DNA of 64,000 nt from Camelus ferus (Eukaryota): NCBI RefSeq assembly GCF_009834535.1, contig NC_045696.1, positions 50,346,001 to 50,410,000 of the forward strand, read 5' to 3'. Shown in pieces: positions 47,960-63,171 of the stretch; position 1 is the first letter of the stretch; each line of letters opens with the position of its first letter. A model generated the notes under the pieces. The model saw only the letters and a program-made list of their open reading frames with translations, was not told the DNA's origin and ran no database searches. The position numbers and the translations under genes are program-made.

Positions 47960-50900
47960 GGTTGTTTGGTTTTTTTTTTGATACTGAGTTGTATGAATTC
48001 TTTCTATACTTTGGAAATTAACCCTTATTGGATATGTTATTTGCAAATATCATCTAATATTCAGAAGGCAGCCTTTTCATTTTGTTGATAGTTTCCATAA
48101 CTGTGCAAAAGTTTTTTAGTTTGATGTAGTCCCATTTGTATATTTTTGGTTTTGATTCCCTTGCCTGAGGAGACATATCCAAAAAAAAAATTACTGACAT
48201 TGACATCAAGGAGCATACTTCCTATGTTTTCTTCTAAAAGTTATGATTTCTGTTCTTCTAACTCTTTAATCCATTTTGAATTTATTTTTCTATATGGTGT
48301 GAGAAAGTAGTCCAGTTTGATTCTTTTGCATGTAACTATCCAGTTATCCTCACATCATTTATTGAAAAAGATGACTTTCTCCCCATTATATACTCTTGCC
48401 TCTTTTGAAATAGATTAATTGCCCATATAAGTGTAGGTTCATTTCTGGGCTTTCTATTCTGTTCCATTGACTTCTGTGTCTGTTTTGTGCTGGTACCATA
48501 CTGTTTTGACTACTGTAGCTTTGTAGTATAGTTTCAAATCAGGTCATGTCATACCTCCAGTTTTGTTCTTCTTTTTTGAGATTGTTGTGGCTATTCAGGG
48601 TCTTGTGTTTCCATACAAATTGTGAATTATTTGTTCTAGTTCTGTGAAAAATGCCATTGCTATTTTGACAGAAGTTGTATTGAATCCGTAGATTGCCTTG
48701 GGTAGTGTGGTCATTTTAACAATATTGATTTTTCCAACTCATGAACATGGTATATATTTCATCTGTTTGTGTCATCTTCAGTTTCTTTCATCAGTAACTT
48801 ATAGTTTTCCAAGTACTGCTATTTTTCATCCTTAGTTAAATTTATTCCTAGGTATTTCCTTCCTTTTTATGTGATTGTAACTGGGATTTTCTTAATTTCT
48901 GTTTCTGATTGTTGCTAGTGTATAGAAATGCAACAGATTTCTGTGTATTAATTTTGTATTCCAAAACTTTATCAAATTCATTGATGAGTTCTAGAAGCTT
49001 TTTATGCATCTTTAGGATTTTCTGTGTTTTCATCTGAAAACAGGGACAGTTTTACTTCTTTCAATTTGGATTCCTTTTATGTCTTTTTCTTATCTGATCG
49101 CTATGACTAGAACTTCCAGTGCTTTGTTGAATAAAAGTGGCAAGAGGGAACATCATTGTCTTGTTCTTGATCTTAAAGGAATTACTTTCAGCTTTTCACT
49201 GTTGAGTATAATGTTAGCTTTGGGATTGTCATATATAGCTGTTTTTATATTGAGGTATATTCCCTCAACCCACTTTGTTGAGAGTTGTTTTTTAATCATA
49301 AATGGATGTTGAATTTATCAAAAGTTTTTTCTGCACCTGTTGAGATAACCATATAGTTTTTATTCTTCAGTTGGTTAATGTGGTGTATCACCATTGATTG
49401 ATTTGTGGATAGTGAAACATCCATGCATCTCTAGGATAAATCCCACTTAATCATGGTGTATGATCCTTTTAATGTATTGTTGAATTCAGTTTGCTAATAT
49501 TTTATTGAGGATTTTTGCTTTTATGTTAATCAGGGATTTTGGTCTGCAATTTTCTTTTTTTGTGATATTTTTGTCTAGTTTTAGTGTCAGGGTAATGCTG
49601 ACTTTGTAGAATGAATTCAGAAGCATTCCTTCCTCTGTAATTTTTTGAAATAGTTTGAGAAGGATAGGTTCTAACTCTTCTCTAAATGTTTGATATTCAC
49701 CTGTGAAGTCATCTGGCCCTGGACTTTTGTTTGTTTGTGAGGTTTTATTTATTTATTTATTTTTCAATAATTGATTCAATTTCATTACTGCTAATTGGTC
49801 TGTTCATTTTCTGTTTCCTCTTGATTCTGTCTTGGGTGATTGTGCATTTCTAGAATTTGTCCATTTCTTCTAGGTTGTTCATTTTATTGGTAAATAATTG
49901 TTCATAGTAATTTTGTATGATCCTTGGTATTTCTGTGGTGTCAGTTGTAACTTCTTTTACATTTTTAGTTTTATTGAGTGAGCTTATTCTCTTTTTTTCT
50001 TGACGAATCTAGCTAAAGATTTACCAAATTTGCCTATCTTTTCATATAACCAGCTCTTGGTTTCATTGATCTTTTCTATTATTTTTTTAGCCTCAATTTA
50101 ATTTATTTTTGCTCTGATCTTTATGATTCCTTTCCTCTACTAATTTCATATTTGTTTGTTTTTCTTTTTCTAGTTCCTTTAGGTGTATGGTTAGATTGTT
50201 TACTTGAGATTTTTCTTGTTTCCTGAGGTAGGCTTGTATTGCTATAAACTTCCCTCTTAGAATTGCTTTTGCTGCATCTCAAAGATTTTGAATCATTGTA
50301 TTTTCATTTTCATTTGTCTCCATGTAGTTTTTGATTTCTCCTTTGATTTCTTCAATCGTTCATTGTTTATTTGGTAGCATATTGTTTAACCTCCACGTGT
50401 TTGTGTTTTTTGCAGTTTTTTTCTTGTAGTTGATTCTAATCTTATAGCATTGTGGTCAGAAAAAATGCTTGATATGATTTCAATCTTCTTAAATTTTCTG
50501 ACACTTCTTTTGTGGCTTGATGTGTGATCTGTCCTGGAGAATGTTCCGTACACACTTGAAAAGACTATATTCTGCTCCTTTTGGATGGAAAGTTCAATAT
50601 ATCTATTTATGGATATATAGATAGATATCTATTAAGTACATGCAGTCTAATGTGTCATTTAAGGCCAGTGTTTTTTTTTTTTAATTGATTTTCTGTCTGA
50701 ATGATCTGTCAATTCATGTAAGAAGGGTGTTAAAATCCCCTACTATTATTGTGTTACTGTCAATTTCCCCCTTTCTGTCTGTTAATATTTGCTTTATGTA
50801 TTTAGGTGTTCCTATGTTGAGTACATGCATATTTACAATTGTTATAAATTCTTCTTGGATTGTTTTCTTTATCATTATGTAATGTCCTTCTTTGCATCTT

Positions 50901-53900
50901 TTTATAGTCTTTGTTTTAAAGTCTATTTTTTCTGATATAAATATTCCTACCATAGCTTTTTAAAATTCCATTTATATGGAATATTTTCTTCCTTCCCCTC
51001 ACTTTCAGTTGGTGTGTGTTTTTATATCTGAAGTGCATCTCTCTTGTAGGCAGCTTATTTATATGGGTCTTGTTTTTATATCCATTTAACCAATCTATGT
51101 CTTTTGATTAGAATATTTAGTCCATTTACTTTTAAAGTAATTATTGATATATATGTACTTATTGCCATTTTAATAATTGTTTAGGGGTTGTTCTTATAGT
51201 TCTTTCCTATTCCTGTCTTCTTTTGCTCTCTTCCCTTGTGTTTTGATGACTATCTTTAGTGGTATGTTTGGATTGCTTTTTCTGTTTTGTGTTTGTATCT
51301 GTTACAGATTTTTGGTTTGTGGTTGCCATGAGATATATTTATGTTCATTCATATATATATATATGTACATATATATGATTATTTTAAGTTGCTGATCTCT
51401 TAAGTTTGAATTCATTTTAACAATACTGCCTTTTTACTCCCTCTTCCATTTACTGTTTTTGACATTTTGATATTTTATATCTTTTTGTTTTGTGTATCCC
51501 TTAACTACTTACTGTGGATATAGATGACCTTACTACTTTTGTCTTTTACCCTTCCTACTAGCTTTATGACTAATTTACTACCTTTGCTGTGTATTTGCCT
51601 TAATCAATGAAAATTTCCCTTTTGTAATTTTTGTATTTCTAGTTGTGGCCTTTTTATTTCCACTTAGAGAAACTCTTTTGATGTTGCTTATACAGTTGGT
51701 TTCATGGTGCTGAACTCTTTCAGCTTTTGCTTGTCTGTAAAACTTTTGATTTCTCCGTCACATCTGAGTGATAGCCTTGCTTGGTTGTAGATTTTTTCCT
51801 TTCATCACTTTATATATATTGTGCCACTGCCTTCTGGCCTTCAGAGTTTCTGCTGAAAATTCAGCTGATAGCTTTATGGGAGTTCCCTTGTATGTAACTT
51901 GTTGCTTTTCCTTTGCTGCTTTTAATATTCTCCTTTTATCTTTAATTTTTGCTACTTTCATTGTATTGTGTCTTGGTGTAGTCCTCTTTGGGTTGATCCT
52001 GTTTGGGACTTTCTGTGCTTCCTGGTCCTGGATTTCCATTTCCTATCCGAAGTTAGTGAAATTTTCAGCTATTTTATCTTCAAATATATTCTCTGCCTAT
52101 GTCTCTCTCTCTCTCTCTCTTCCCTTTCCTTCAGGACCCCTATAATGCAGATGTTACTATGCTTGATATTGTTTCAGGGGTCTCTTACTTAAACTGTCTT
52201 CATTTTAAAAAATTCTTTTTTCCTCTGTTTGGCTTGAGTGGTTTTCACTACTCTGTCTTCCAGTTCACTGATCCACTCCTCTGTATTATGTACTGTTGCT
52301 TCCTTCTAGTTTCTTTTTTACTTTATTTATTATAGTCTAGTCTGTTTGCTTCTTCTTTATATTTTCTAACTCTTTTAACTTCTCATTGTCTTCATCCATT
52401 CTTCAGATGAGTTCTTTGAACATGTTTATGATCTTTAATTTGAACTCTTTATTGGGTGGTATACTAATCTCCAGTTTACTTAGTTTTTCTTCTGGGGTTT
52501 TATCTTGGTTCTTTACTTGGAACATGTTCCTCTGTCACCCCATTTTTCCTAACCTGGTGTTTTTATTTCTATGCATTTGGTGAGTTGGTTACATCTCCCA
52601 ATCTCAGAGAACTGGCCTTATGTAGGAGGTATAACATGCATCCCAGCAACGCACTCACCTATGGTCAACCAGAGCTATGTGATCTAGTCCAGGGGGTAGT
52701 CCTTATATGGACTCTGTGGGTCCTTCTGTTGTGGTAGGCTGACTACAGTGGGTTCTCTGGTAGATGTATCTGGCCCCCAGGCCAGCTGGTTGCCAGGCTC
52801 TGCCTTGTGTGGAGGCTGCCCTGGGGAGTAGCAGGTACACAGAGGTCAAAAGAATATTGATGATAACCTGATCCTCTTCATATCTATTGCACTGACACAG
52901 ATACCTTCAGTTCTTCCCCCAGCCACCCCCAAAACACCATCATGTTGTCCTGAGCCACTGGGCTCTACATGTCCCCTCAGAAAATCTAGCCCCTAAGTGC
53001 AGAGCCCCGGGTCATAACCTAGATTCCCCCTTGCTTTGGATTGTCTTTGCCATAACACCACCACATTATGGCTGATTATCAATGCCTTCATTATTAGTTT
53101 AGAAGTGCTATATATGCTAGAGGGAACTTTCATTTCCATAGAACTCTCTAATATACCTCACAACAGGAAGCAATCCATGTTACAAGACCTTGCTTCCTCT
53201 CCTCTGGGGCCTGATAGCCTTTGATGCTGCTCCACACTTTGGGGCCAAAGGAATCCATGGTGGTGGTGAGAAGTATTGTTTATAATTAATCCTAACTACA
53301 TATCTGATCTGTCATTCTGATAGTCCTCTTCTTACCTTCAGATTAAGTCCCTAGGATTAAATTAAAAAGAATGATTTTGAAGGAGAACTATTAAAAAAGG
53401 AGCTGAACTGACAAGAGGGTATAAATTTTGAATGGTGCCAAAAAATCACTTATATCCATCCAAGGCATTCTATGCCCTCCAGTATTCTTTCTCTTGCCTG
53501 CCTGTCCCAGGGGCCAAATTCACTGCACTGAATAAAAGCAGTAGCAGTGACCCCAGGACACTTTCCTCACAAGAAATGCACACCAGTCCTTTACATTAAC
53601 TCATCTTGTCTTGATTTTCACAGAAAATAACATGGAAGTAAATAAGGTACATTTCCTGAGAAATAAGATTAGAATTAAATTAGAGGTTTCACGTAGGTGA
53701 AAAGCCTGTGCATATTCCATCTTTAGTACCTTGTATTTTCACATGTATGAATCTAGAAACACATAAACTTAAGTATATATTCATTATATATAATGCTTTT
53801 AGTTGATCTTTTTCAAATTTTATAATGTATTTTTTCCATAGAGCTGAACCACAAAAGATAATTGAAGTTTTACCTTGTTCTCCAGAAAAAAAAAAAAAAA

Positions 53901-54792
53901 TCTGTAACTCTTTCCTTAAGAGGCCTGGTTTGTGCTGAACACTGGAATTTGACACATTGTAAAATGATTATAAATCAATAAAAAATGTTAAAAAAAAAAA
54001 AAAAAAGAGGCCTGAGTTGTCACAAGTTAAATCCATTGTATTCAATGCCCCACTCTGTATCTGCCTACCTGCCTAGGAAACTTCCCTCCTGTTTCATTGA
54101 GGCGTACAGTGACTCTGTGGATCTTAAAATCAGTTTGGATCTACGACAATATTTGCAGCCTGAATTTACATTCAGACTCAAGAATCTGTAGGTGTGATCT
54201 TTCTAATGGCTTGGTCTTGTCTTGAACTTCCAACTTCCAAAACCCAGCCTTTGCTGCATCCTGGAAAGGAAATTGATTCACTGTTCTTCCCTGATCCTCT
54301 CAGCCTGAAGCCACAGTCAGGATAATCAAAGCTACAACTCTTTTAGGTTGTGGGACACAGACCCTGCACAATGATATAGTAGTGTGTAGGCACAGAGCTG
54401 GATCCCACTTCAGCAAGTCTGAGAACAGCATCCCTTGTGCCAGACTTTCTCCTAAAATCCACAGAATAAAGCCCCCAGGACAGAGTTCTAGATTTAAAGA
54501 CCAGGATGCTCATTCAGATAGGTAGAATAGCAGGTCCCTGAGGTGGGAAAGTTCTTTCTTAATCACTGCCATTTCCCAATGTCTAGTTCAGCGCTTGGAA
54601 CTTAGTATTTGTTCAGTAATACTTGCATGCATGAATAAAAAGAATATCTGGAAGACTTATAGATTTGAAAAAGAAAATCAGAAGCACAAAATATAACATA
54701 GAATTTATTTTCTTCTATTTCAAGAAAAGAAAAGTTTGAGAGAAATTTAACATTAAAACAGTTGAAGGACTTAATTAGAGAGCAAATATAAG

Positions 54793-55030
54793 GGCAGTGT
54801 TAAATAGTATAAACAATTTGATTCAGATTGCCTGGGCTCAGACCCTGGTTTTGATGTTTACCAGCCATGTTAATGTGGAAAGTTAGTCTAAGACTCAGTT
54901 TTCTTATCTGTAAAATGAAAATAATAGTACCTACCTAAAGGAACTGTTGTGGAAATTACATGAGTTAATACATGGAAGTGGCATAGGACCCTCGCTACAG
55001 AGTCAGCCTCCATCATCATTAGCCCTGATT
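54793..55030 (+). mobile_element. MIR SINE
   Basis: cagattgcctgggctcagaccctgg...ctcagttttcttatctgtaaaatgaaaataatagtacctacct. Confidence 0.8.
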
Positions 55031-56894
55031 ACTAGTAATACAGTACTAGTATAATCTTGCATGTCAACTTCAATTATTTGATAATGGCTTCCTAGAGGGC
55101 TGCGTGGAAGAATGTGTCAACTGAACACCTAAGAAAGACTTATGTCTGCCCTGGATGCTACAGGAAGGAGTAGTGGATCATATGCCATAAATTTGCAGTT
55201 CTTGGCCTGGACTGTAAATTTCTTCAAAAGAGGGACTATGCTTATTTATCTCCATATCCCTAATACCTGGCAAAGTATTTGACACATGTTAGTTCTGTCA
55301 GTAAACCTTTGTTCAAGTGTTCAACCTTTTCATTGTTTGGCTAATAGCTTTTCTCTGCTATAATTCCATATGATGGATCATTGCATTGATAGCATTATAG
55401 TCCCATAGTAAATATTGGAGCAAACTCTGGTCTCAGTTGGGTGGTGGTGGTGGTATATTATAAATGAATACTAAGGCTCCAACAAAAATGTTCCACATTC
55501 CTTAAATTCAGTACATTCCAAGAGGGATTAATACTATACCAGGATTTCCCTACATGGCACCACATTTGGACATTCTGTTGATCTATGTGTGTCTCTCTCT
55601 TTAGAAGTCCTTTTTTTGAACCCTATTTGAAATCTTACGTAAAAATTCTTTGGGAGTATTGCAGCCTTGTAGCAATAATTTGGCAATGAGTCACCTACAT
55701 TTCACAATTAAATACTGTAAAAAGCAACACCCAGAGCTTACCAATGAATTCCTCAACTGTCTTCTCTATGACCTATTGAAATAGCAATGGCTTTTTCTAT
55801 CATTAGCACATACATGATTGAAGACTCAGAGAGCAGTCCAATTTTTAAAGAATTATCCAGCACCAGAATAATAGAACAGAACTCGAATTACTTTGGTTTT
55901 CATCTCTAAATATGAATTCCAGGTTACTTCAAAACATAAAAGTATTCCTAACACACTACAAGGGTTACAGAAGGAAGAATATTTCTAACAAGAAGTTCCA
56001 GGAAAGAGAAACAGTGTATTTAGAATTGAAATGGTGTTCAGTTAATAGAGGACAAAGTGAATTGGGGTAACACTATGGCTTTGGATTTATGTGAGAATTG
56101 CTCTTAATCTTCTCAGAGAAGAATGGATTACCTACGAGTCTGGGCTACCCTGCTTAGGATTCAGCAGGGGCAGCTGGTTACTTACTCAGTAAAGTGCAGG
56201 TAAGGCAGGTCTAGGGACCTAACTCTAGAATTGTTGTGACTACTGGGAAGGATAGGAATGGGATGAAAGATGAGGGCTGGCCCAGTTGGAGCTGATGAAA
56301 GGAGGTGGAATATAACAGGTGAGGGATGATATCCATGCAAAAAGCCAGCAACACTGAGCCTTGCAACCAAGTAATCATCTTCACACAGCACCACCTTCCT
56401 GGGAAAAAATTATACTCAGAAGATCAGAAGTTTAGAACAGAGGATTTATGTGGTTAAGCATAAAATTAGCATGAAGTCAGTGGCTGAGAATTATTAAGGT
56501 ATATCTCTGTTTCACAGTATCATATCTATTTTTAAGAACTGTTGAATTCAGAAATGTTTAGATAAAGATTTGTTGATAGAAACTAATAAAGCTCTACAAC
56601 TGCTAGTGAAAGCAAATTTATTTTTTAAAATCCTGACTGATTTAGCTGCTTAACATGGTTTCTTCAACAATCTAGAACAAAGTGACACATAAATTCTAGC
56701 TTCAAAGAACTGAGAATTACCACTCTTTGAAAGATAGAGAAACTCTGAATCAAAAAACAAAACAAAACAAAAACTCTCACATTTATCTAGATCCAAGGGA
56801 AGTGTGAGGGTTCCTAACAATGAGAAAGACCAGTCTGACTTTTTCAAGAAAAAAGAGAACCATGCTAGTAAAAGTCAAATTAGGCTACAGTATT

Positions 56895-57170
56895 AAAGAG
56901 TGTTCCCCTGAACATCCTACTTAAAATTGCAAATACTCCTGCCTTGGAACTTCCAATCCTCTTCACTTTGCTCTGTTTGTTTTTTCCTATAGCACTGACC
57001 TCCTTCTAACAGGCTATGTTTACTGTTTATTGTTTGTCTCTCCTTATCAAAATGTAAGCTCTGTAATGGGTAAGGATTTTTTGCTAATTTTGTACATCAG
57101 TGTAGCTCAGCTTCCTAGAACAGTGCCTAGTACAGAGTAGATGCTGAATAAATATGTGTTGAATGTTTAT
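56895..57170 (+). mobile_element. L2a-like 3' end
   Basis: aatgtaagctc...cctagaacagtgcctagtacagagtagatgctgaataaatatgtgttgaatg. Confidence 0.8.
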
Positions 57171-57884
57171 TCAGTGAATCCTATGTAAACAGAACCGGAA
57201 TACAGAATACCAAGTAGGGGAGGTCAGTATGTTAAGGGTAAGTATTAGTGATCCAAACCAAGTTATGTGCAAATAGTGAAATATCTAACAGAGATGGACC
57301 AAGGGTTGAAATTCAGTGAGCCCCAGGGTTAAGAACTTCTCTAAAGCTTTGAAGCCAGAAGCAAGTCAGCATGAGTGGGTGTCCTTATGACCTGTGACCC
57401 TGGCAGATATTGCCAACTACTCACCTGGTTCCATTTCCCACTCTTAATTGCCATCTGAAACCCTGTTTTGTTTGTGATTATATTGTACACAACTTTATAT
57501 GGGGAACCATTAATTGGGTCTAAGCCAATTATGACCATTCTTTTCCAGTTTCTCAGCCTTTCCATCAAGGCCAGACTAAGCCTATTCTGAAAAATAAATA
57601 TTAGTTTTTTTCTGATAAAAAATACATAATGATTGTCATGGTTCTTCCCTCTTCCTCCTGTCTGGTACATAGGGTATGAGAAATGAAGCTGCATGGGCCA
57701 TCTCAGGTGTCTGAGGGACAGTGAAGAGAATTCAGGTCCATCAGCCTTTACCTCATAGACACTGAACCAACACTATCAAATGTCTACCTCAGGATCCTTC
57801 TATAAAATAGGAATAATAAACCTTTTTTAAAAATCCATTGTACTTGTCATTACCTTAAATTTATTTCACATCCTTCCCTGTAAG

Positions 57885-58310
57885 TGATATTGCTAAACTC
57901 TCTTGCCAGCTGATGTCCAACTAGGTATAGTCCACTGGCAGCACTGCAGGAGATTGGAGAATGAAAGGAAAGGAGGAGGTGGGGAATTTCTCCTCCTTTT
58001 CATCTGCTTCAGGCAGTATCTTCAGCATTGGCTGTGTCTCCTCCATAATCTCAGTTCCTGCCGATAATCTCTCTTCCATGGTACTATTTTCCACCAAGTA
58101 GTCATCTTGTAGATCCATCTCCAGGTGGCAGTGACTCTTATTCTATGGTAAACATCATCTCCTTCTTTTGTCCCTGCAGCCCTGTGACTGGTAGTATCTT
58201 CCAGCTGTGACTCATCTTTGAGTTGCCACTCTTTAAGACCTTATTTGGTTTCTCAGCTTTCCCATCCCCTATGTAACTAGTTCCCTGTATTAAATTAGTA
58301 ATACTGGACT
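57885..58310 (+). mobile_element. ERVL LTR (LTR33-like), degenerate
   Basis: ggcagcactgcaggagattggaga...tgtaactagttccctgtattaaatt resembles LTR33; family named from memory. Confidence 0.5.
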
Positions 58311-58888
58311 GCCTGCCATGGGCTGGGCTTTCCTGGCTGATATAGCAGTTTAGTTGGATTTTTCTTTACTTGACAAGTCACTTTCTGAATTGATCGAAAC
58401 CTTAAGAAATAATTAAAGCTTCTTTACCCCCTGTGGACTGGTAGATTTTAGTGAAGTTGGCTCTCCTTTTTAATATTTATAACTACACCAGGTTGTCTTT
58501 ACTCTTCTTGCCCACACTGAGGCCACAGTCACCTGTAAAAGCCATGGCTGCTTCTTGGGATCTGAAGATTACTCCAAAATTTGACTCTCCCATACTATAC
58601 TTGGAACATTCTTTTTTTATTTGATGTCCAACTTGCTCCATCCCAATGGCTGTATACCCTAATTCACCCTCTCTACAAAGTCTCTTAAGATAGATAACAT
58701 ACTTAGATTGTCTATCATGTCTTCACAAGATTTACCTCCCCATTTGCTTAGTTGGATATGCTTATCTTCAGCTGTAAAGTAAATTATGTACTTCTCTGCA
58801 TCCAGCCAGTGGTCCCTAGGAACCAAAAGCAGCCTGGGCCTAAGAACCTCTGGAAAGAGACCTGGCAAAGAAAGATCCAAACTCTGCA

Positions 58889-58898
58889 TGTGTGTGCG

Positions 58899-58943
<45 letters not shown>
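58889..58943. repeat. (TG)n microsatellite
   Basis: Directly visible. Confidence 0.95.
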
Positions 58944-58946
<3 letters not shown>

Positions 58947-59848
58947 CATGCATGTGCAAGCATATATATTGCAGGATGAATTTTAAAGTTCCTTCTAATG
59001 GGCAGAGAGAAGGATGGAAATTTTGAAAGATAAACAAATTCATTATTTCAACCAATACATATTGAGCTATACTTTGTACTTAGCCCTGTCCTATACACGA
59101 GGGATATGGCAGTTAACAAAGTAGGAAAAACCGTGTTCTCTGTCCTCCTAGAGCTGCTTCTAACCTTTCAGAATGACAGAAAGAGTCTACAGTTACCAGA
59201 TCACATTATTAAGGTTATTAAGATAATGTTTTCACAAGAGGCAGGGTCAAAATCTTGATATCAATAGGAATATTTATTCATCTTATGCAACTAGACTCTG
59301 TTGTCTCCTCCCAAAATGAATACTCATTTTGGCAAAGCTTCTAGGGCAAATCAGCAAGAAAATAAACCTTATCACTCAGGTGATAAGTAGACACAAATGA
59401 AATGGAGCCTCCACTTTTGCTTTCTCTCATTGAGTAGAATCCAAACCCTCCCCCTCTATAGTCAGCAAAACCTGAGTTGAAGAGCACCCAGTCCAGGACT
59501 GAGGCACCTAGAGAGTCCTGGACACTGTAAGGGTTTGAGTGGTGAAGAGGAGGGTGACAAAAATCTCTTTCTTATCTAGGGGAAGTAGAATCGTCAAAGG
59601 AGAGAGACACAGAGACACAGACAGACAAAGACAGAGATAGGTGGTAGCAGTAGCAAAAGAGTGTCTTCAAGGGATTCCTTCTTTTGAATGCTTGAGTATG
59701 TCAGACTTTCAGCAGCTACAACTGAAAATATGCTCTTTAAGTTTTCATTTAGCACTAACACTCTAATTCTAAGATCTAAAGCAAGATGGAAAAAAACTTA
59801 AATTCATTAACTGAATTATATTGTATTTGATAAGTCTCAACATTTCTT

Positions 59849-59996
59849 TTTTTAATTTTTATTTTTTTTATTTTATTTTTGAGAGAGGGAGATAATTGGG
59901 TTTATTTATTAATTTTAATAGAGGTACTGGAGATAGAACCCAGGACTTCTGCATTGCTAAGTACATACTCTGCCACTGAGCTATATCCTCCCCACC
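59849..59996 (-). mobile_element. tRNA-derived SINE (camelid Vic-1-like)
   Basis: gaggtactggagatagaacccaggac...ctctgccactgagctatatcc. Perfect 17-bp TSD AAGTCTCAACATTTCTT at 59832-59848 and 59997-60013. Confidence 0.9.
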
Positions 59997-61344
59997 AAGT
60001 CTCAACATTTCTTAAGGAAGATGCACTGTATTTTTATTAGTGCTCATAAAGAAACAAAAAATGCATTCTAATTTTCAAAAGCAGTTGTGAATTTCAGTGT
60101 CTTATACTTCTCAAGAAAGATCTGAGTTCAGTTACCACCACTAGGAACTTGTCTCTATCTATAATCAAGATTAAATTTCCATCTAAAAGCAAAAAGTAGT
60201 GTCTCTATTAAACTGAAGTGGGATCCTTGAAATATTCTGACAATACTAACTTTACTTTTGTGGTTTGGTTTAATCTTCACATCCATCTTATGAGGTAGAT
60301 AGAATTTGAAATCATATTGATAGATGTGGAGATTAGGACTTGGAAAACCTGAGTAGTAACCCATTCAAAATTACCTGGCCATTCAGTGACAAAGCCAGGA
60401 TTGGAACTTGCACATCTTGGAAGCTGGGTATTTATTTCACTATTTTGCAGTGCATCAGATAGACTAGAGAATGTCACAGTAACAAAGGAATAAGAACATT
60501 CTTGACCTTGGCTTGCTTTAATAATCTTGAAGGAAGCTACAAGTGTTCCAGGACCTAATGCAAAGGCAGTTGAAGGCAGCCCCACACATGTTCTGCTCAT
60601 TAGTCAGAGCTGATCAGTGGCCAGCCTCATGGAACAAGTCTGAGAGAATGCTGATGTGCTTTCAACTCTAAGGACCCTTGTTTTCCAAGTTCTTTATCTT
60701 TGAATTAGGAGGTAAGTAGCAACAAAACTATGTCTATCACTTCCTACAGAATCCTTGCTCTCTTTTTTCGCATCCCTTCATCCAGTTTCCAAAAGGAAAC
60801 ACAACAGACTTTTTACCACCCTTACTCAGTGGTGCCATCACAGGGAGAATTTGCAGTTCAGAAGCATAATTGTCCTTGATCAATTATTGGAACAGATCCA
60901 TTTTCCACATCTTTGTAAACACTGCTGCTGACTGCCTTATCAGAAGGGGCAAGAATTAGGCAGCACAACCCACAAGTTTATTTTCTTAGTTAAAAATCAG
61001 AACATAGCCAGACAGCAGTCTGGGGCAGGGTGGGGAGCAGAAGGAGGTAGAACACCACTAAAGAAAGGGAGGAGAGAGAGGATAGCCACACTCAACTCTC
61101 AGGGACATGGCTCTTTCCTTAATTTCTAATGCTTGTGAACTAATAGCTATTAATGGAATTTTGAGTTCAGCTGATTCCAGCTGTGTTGAATCTACAATAG
61201 AGAAGATCAATCTTATTCTAAATTCCCAAACTCTTACCTATGGTACATTTTCCCAAACCTTATTGGGGCCTCCAATAAAGTGCCACACACCACAGGTTAA
61301 ATCAACAATATTGGTTCACAAACATTAATGTGGAACTTTAGAAC

Positions 61345-61465
61345 AATGGTTCTCAACTTGAGTTGCATATAGGAATCCCTTGAGAGCTTTAAAAACTACT
61401 GATGCCTGAGCCCCTGTCCCCATAGTATTTCCACTTTAGTTGAGTTAGATAAGAATTTTAAAACT
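61345..61465. mobile_element. MER5-like hAT MITE fragment
   Basis: caatggttctcaacttgagttgcatataggaatcccttgagagctttaaaaactactgatgcctgagccc. Confidence 0.65.
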
Positions 61466-63171
61466 TCTCCCAGGTTTTTCTAGTTTTAGACAAGACTGAG
61501 CTCCCCCCTGCTGTAGAATGCCACATCTGAGGTCCAGCCCCTCTGTCTGGAGATCAGAGAATTCTGTTGGGCAGAATTAAACAAGGTGCCAGTGAATATA
61601 GTCTTGGCCATGTGGAGCCTTCTGTGGTTTTGCAAATCTACTTCTTTAAATGATGACAGGAGCTTGAAGATAGAAGTCCAGCCTAGCATACCCACAAGTT
61701 GCACTTTCCAGCAACACAAAACCTCACAGATTTGTGTCAAAACTATGAAGACTAATCAAATCTCTCCATTCTCCTACCAACCAATAGGTAGAATTAGTGG
61801 GCCAAGGAAGAAACCCTCTTGATCTGGTCTTTGCTTCCTGGATGTGATTTTCAGTTAAACTGAACTTAAACTCATAACCCAATCATGAGAGTACAGCTTT
61901 TGCCCCATATTTCAGGTTGACGTGGAAAATATACTACCTCTTCCCTTATTTTGTGCCAACCACATGCACCTGACTCTCAGAGGAACTGGAATAGAACAAG
62001 GACTTCAGATTTCTCAGAATTAGAGGTACAGCCAAGTCAACTTTAAAGATTTGCTAACATCATGCATTTAGCAAAAGGCCTAACATCTCTCCCTCTAGTG
62101 CCCTTAGGAATATGTGAGTAATAAATTTATTGCCAAGATTACATGAAAGTCCTTTGTGGACTTTTCCAGTCCTTTGTGACTTTTTCAAATCTAATCGTGG
62201 TTGAGCCAACAAAGGGATTACAGCCTTATCAGGAGTTTATTTTGCAAGACGGCCACATAGCTCTGCCAGTATCCTGTTTTTCCCACTACGCTTAGCTCAA
62301 AGATCCCATTAAATAAAGTTGAACTCTTCAGTTATGCAGAAATATAAACAGACTTTTCAGTGTGATTTCAAGTTATATTTTCATTTAGGAAAAGATAATG
62401 TTCAAATACTAAACAGTGTTGGCCTCCCATAACCCAGAAATCTGGATGTAATAGAAGAAGAAATTCTAAAATTTCTCCAGTGGAAAAAAGGCATTACATA
62501 CTCAAAACATACACACACACACACACACACACTTGATAATCCATGATACCCAAAGAGTTTCTCAGTGGATAAAACATTGAGGCAAATGTATACCTGTTCA
62601 TGCATGGGGCAAACATGGTAGAAAGCTTTGTAGAGTCAAGTCTGAACCATTGTTCTGATACGCAATTAGTTCAGCCTAATCTGGGCACACGGTATTTTAT
62701 AAGCTTGGTAACAGGATAGCTTGAGAAAGATAGTACAGATAGGGCTGGACATCTCTACTATGTAGGTTTCCACAGACTAAAGATCTAATACTTGATCGTG
62801 GTAGGCCAAACTAGTAGAATGGAATATCCATGTCCAGATACAGCTAGATCCAATCAACCACTTTAATCAAAACAAAATAATTCCCATTTCTACAAAAAAT
62901 TATGAACTTAAATGCCAAGGAAGAAATCTATTGTATATCTCAGAAGCCTGCACATTATCTTTCTGCTGACAGATAGGAATTCAAGCCATATCTCCTCAGG
63001 TGCATTTCTAACAGTGCAATGATGAGTGATTCAGAAGGAGATGGTAGCAATGGAAGAGGGCTGTGGAATTTAATCTTCTGAAAGGACACTGAAAACTCCA
63101 TTCCACATTGCATTTTTGTTTGCTCACATTATGGCTATGGAAGCAGCCTCTGGCTATGACTGCCACATAAC

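Larger units (their letters stand above)
46705..52820 (-). mobile_element. Near full-length decayed L1 (partial 5'UTR, ORF1, ORF2, 3'UTR)
   Basis: ORF1 fragment QEAQKVPNRINPKRTTPRH...LSAEFSAETLKARRQW (51758-52039). Endonuclease fragment DFKTKTIKRCKEGHYIMIK...IIVGDFNTLL (50714-50953). RT fragment KLLELINEF...YKINTQKSVAFLY (48848-49033). Multiple stops. Confidence 0.95.

Noticed and set aside
46705..52820. Active L1 coding sequences
   Set aside because: ORF1 and ORF2 are broken by many stops, frameshifts and a SINE insertion.
58659..59055. ORFs with HT/CV dipeptide runs
   Set aside because: These are translations of the (TG)n microsatellite.
59849..59996. tRNA gene (A/B-box-like sequence)
   Set aside because: It is the tRNA-derived head of a SINE with a tail and TSD. 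The same applies to 25861-26008 and 47805-47959.
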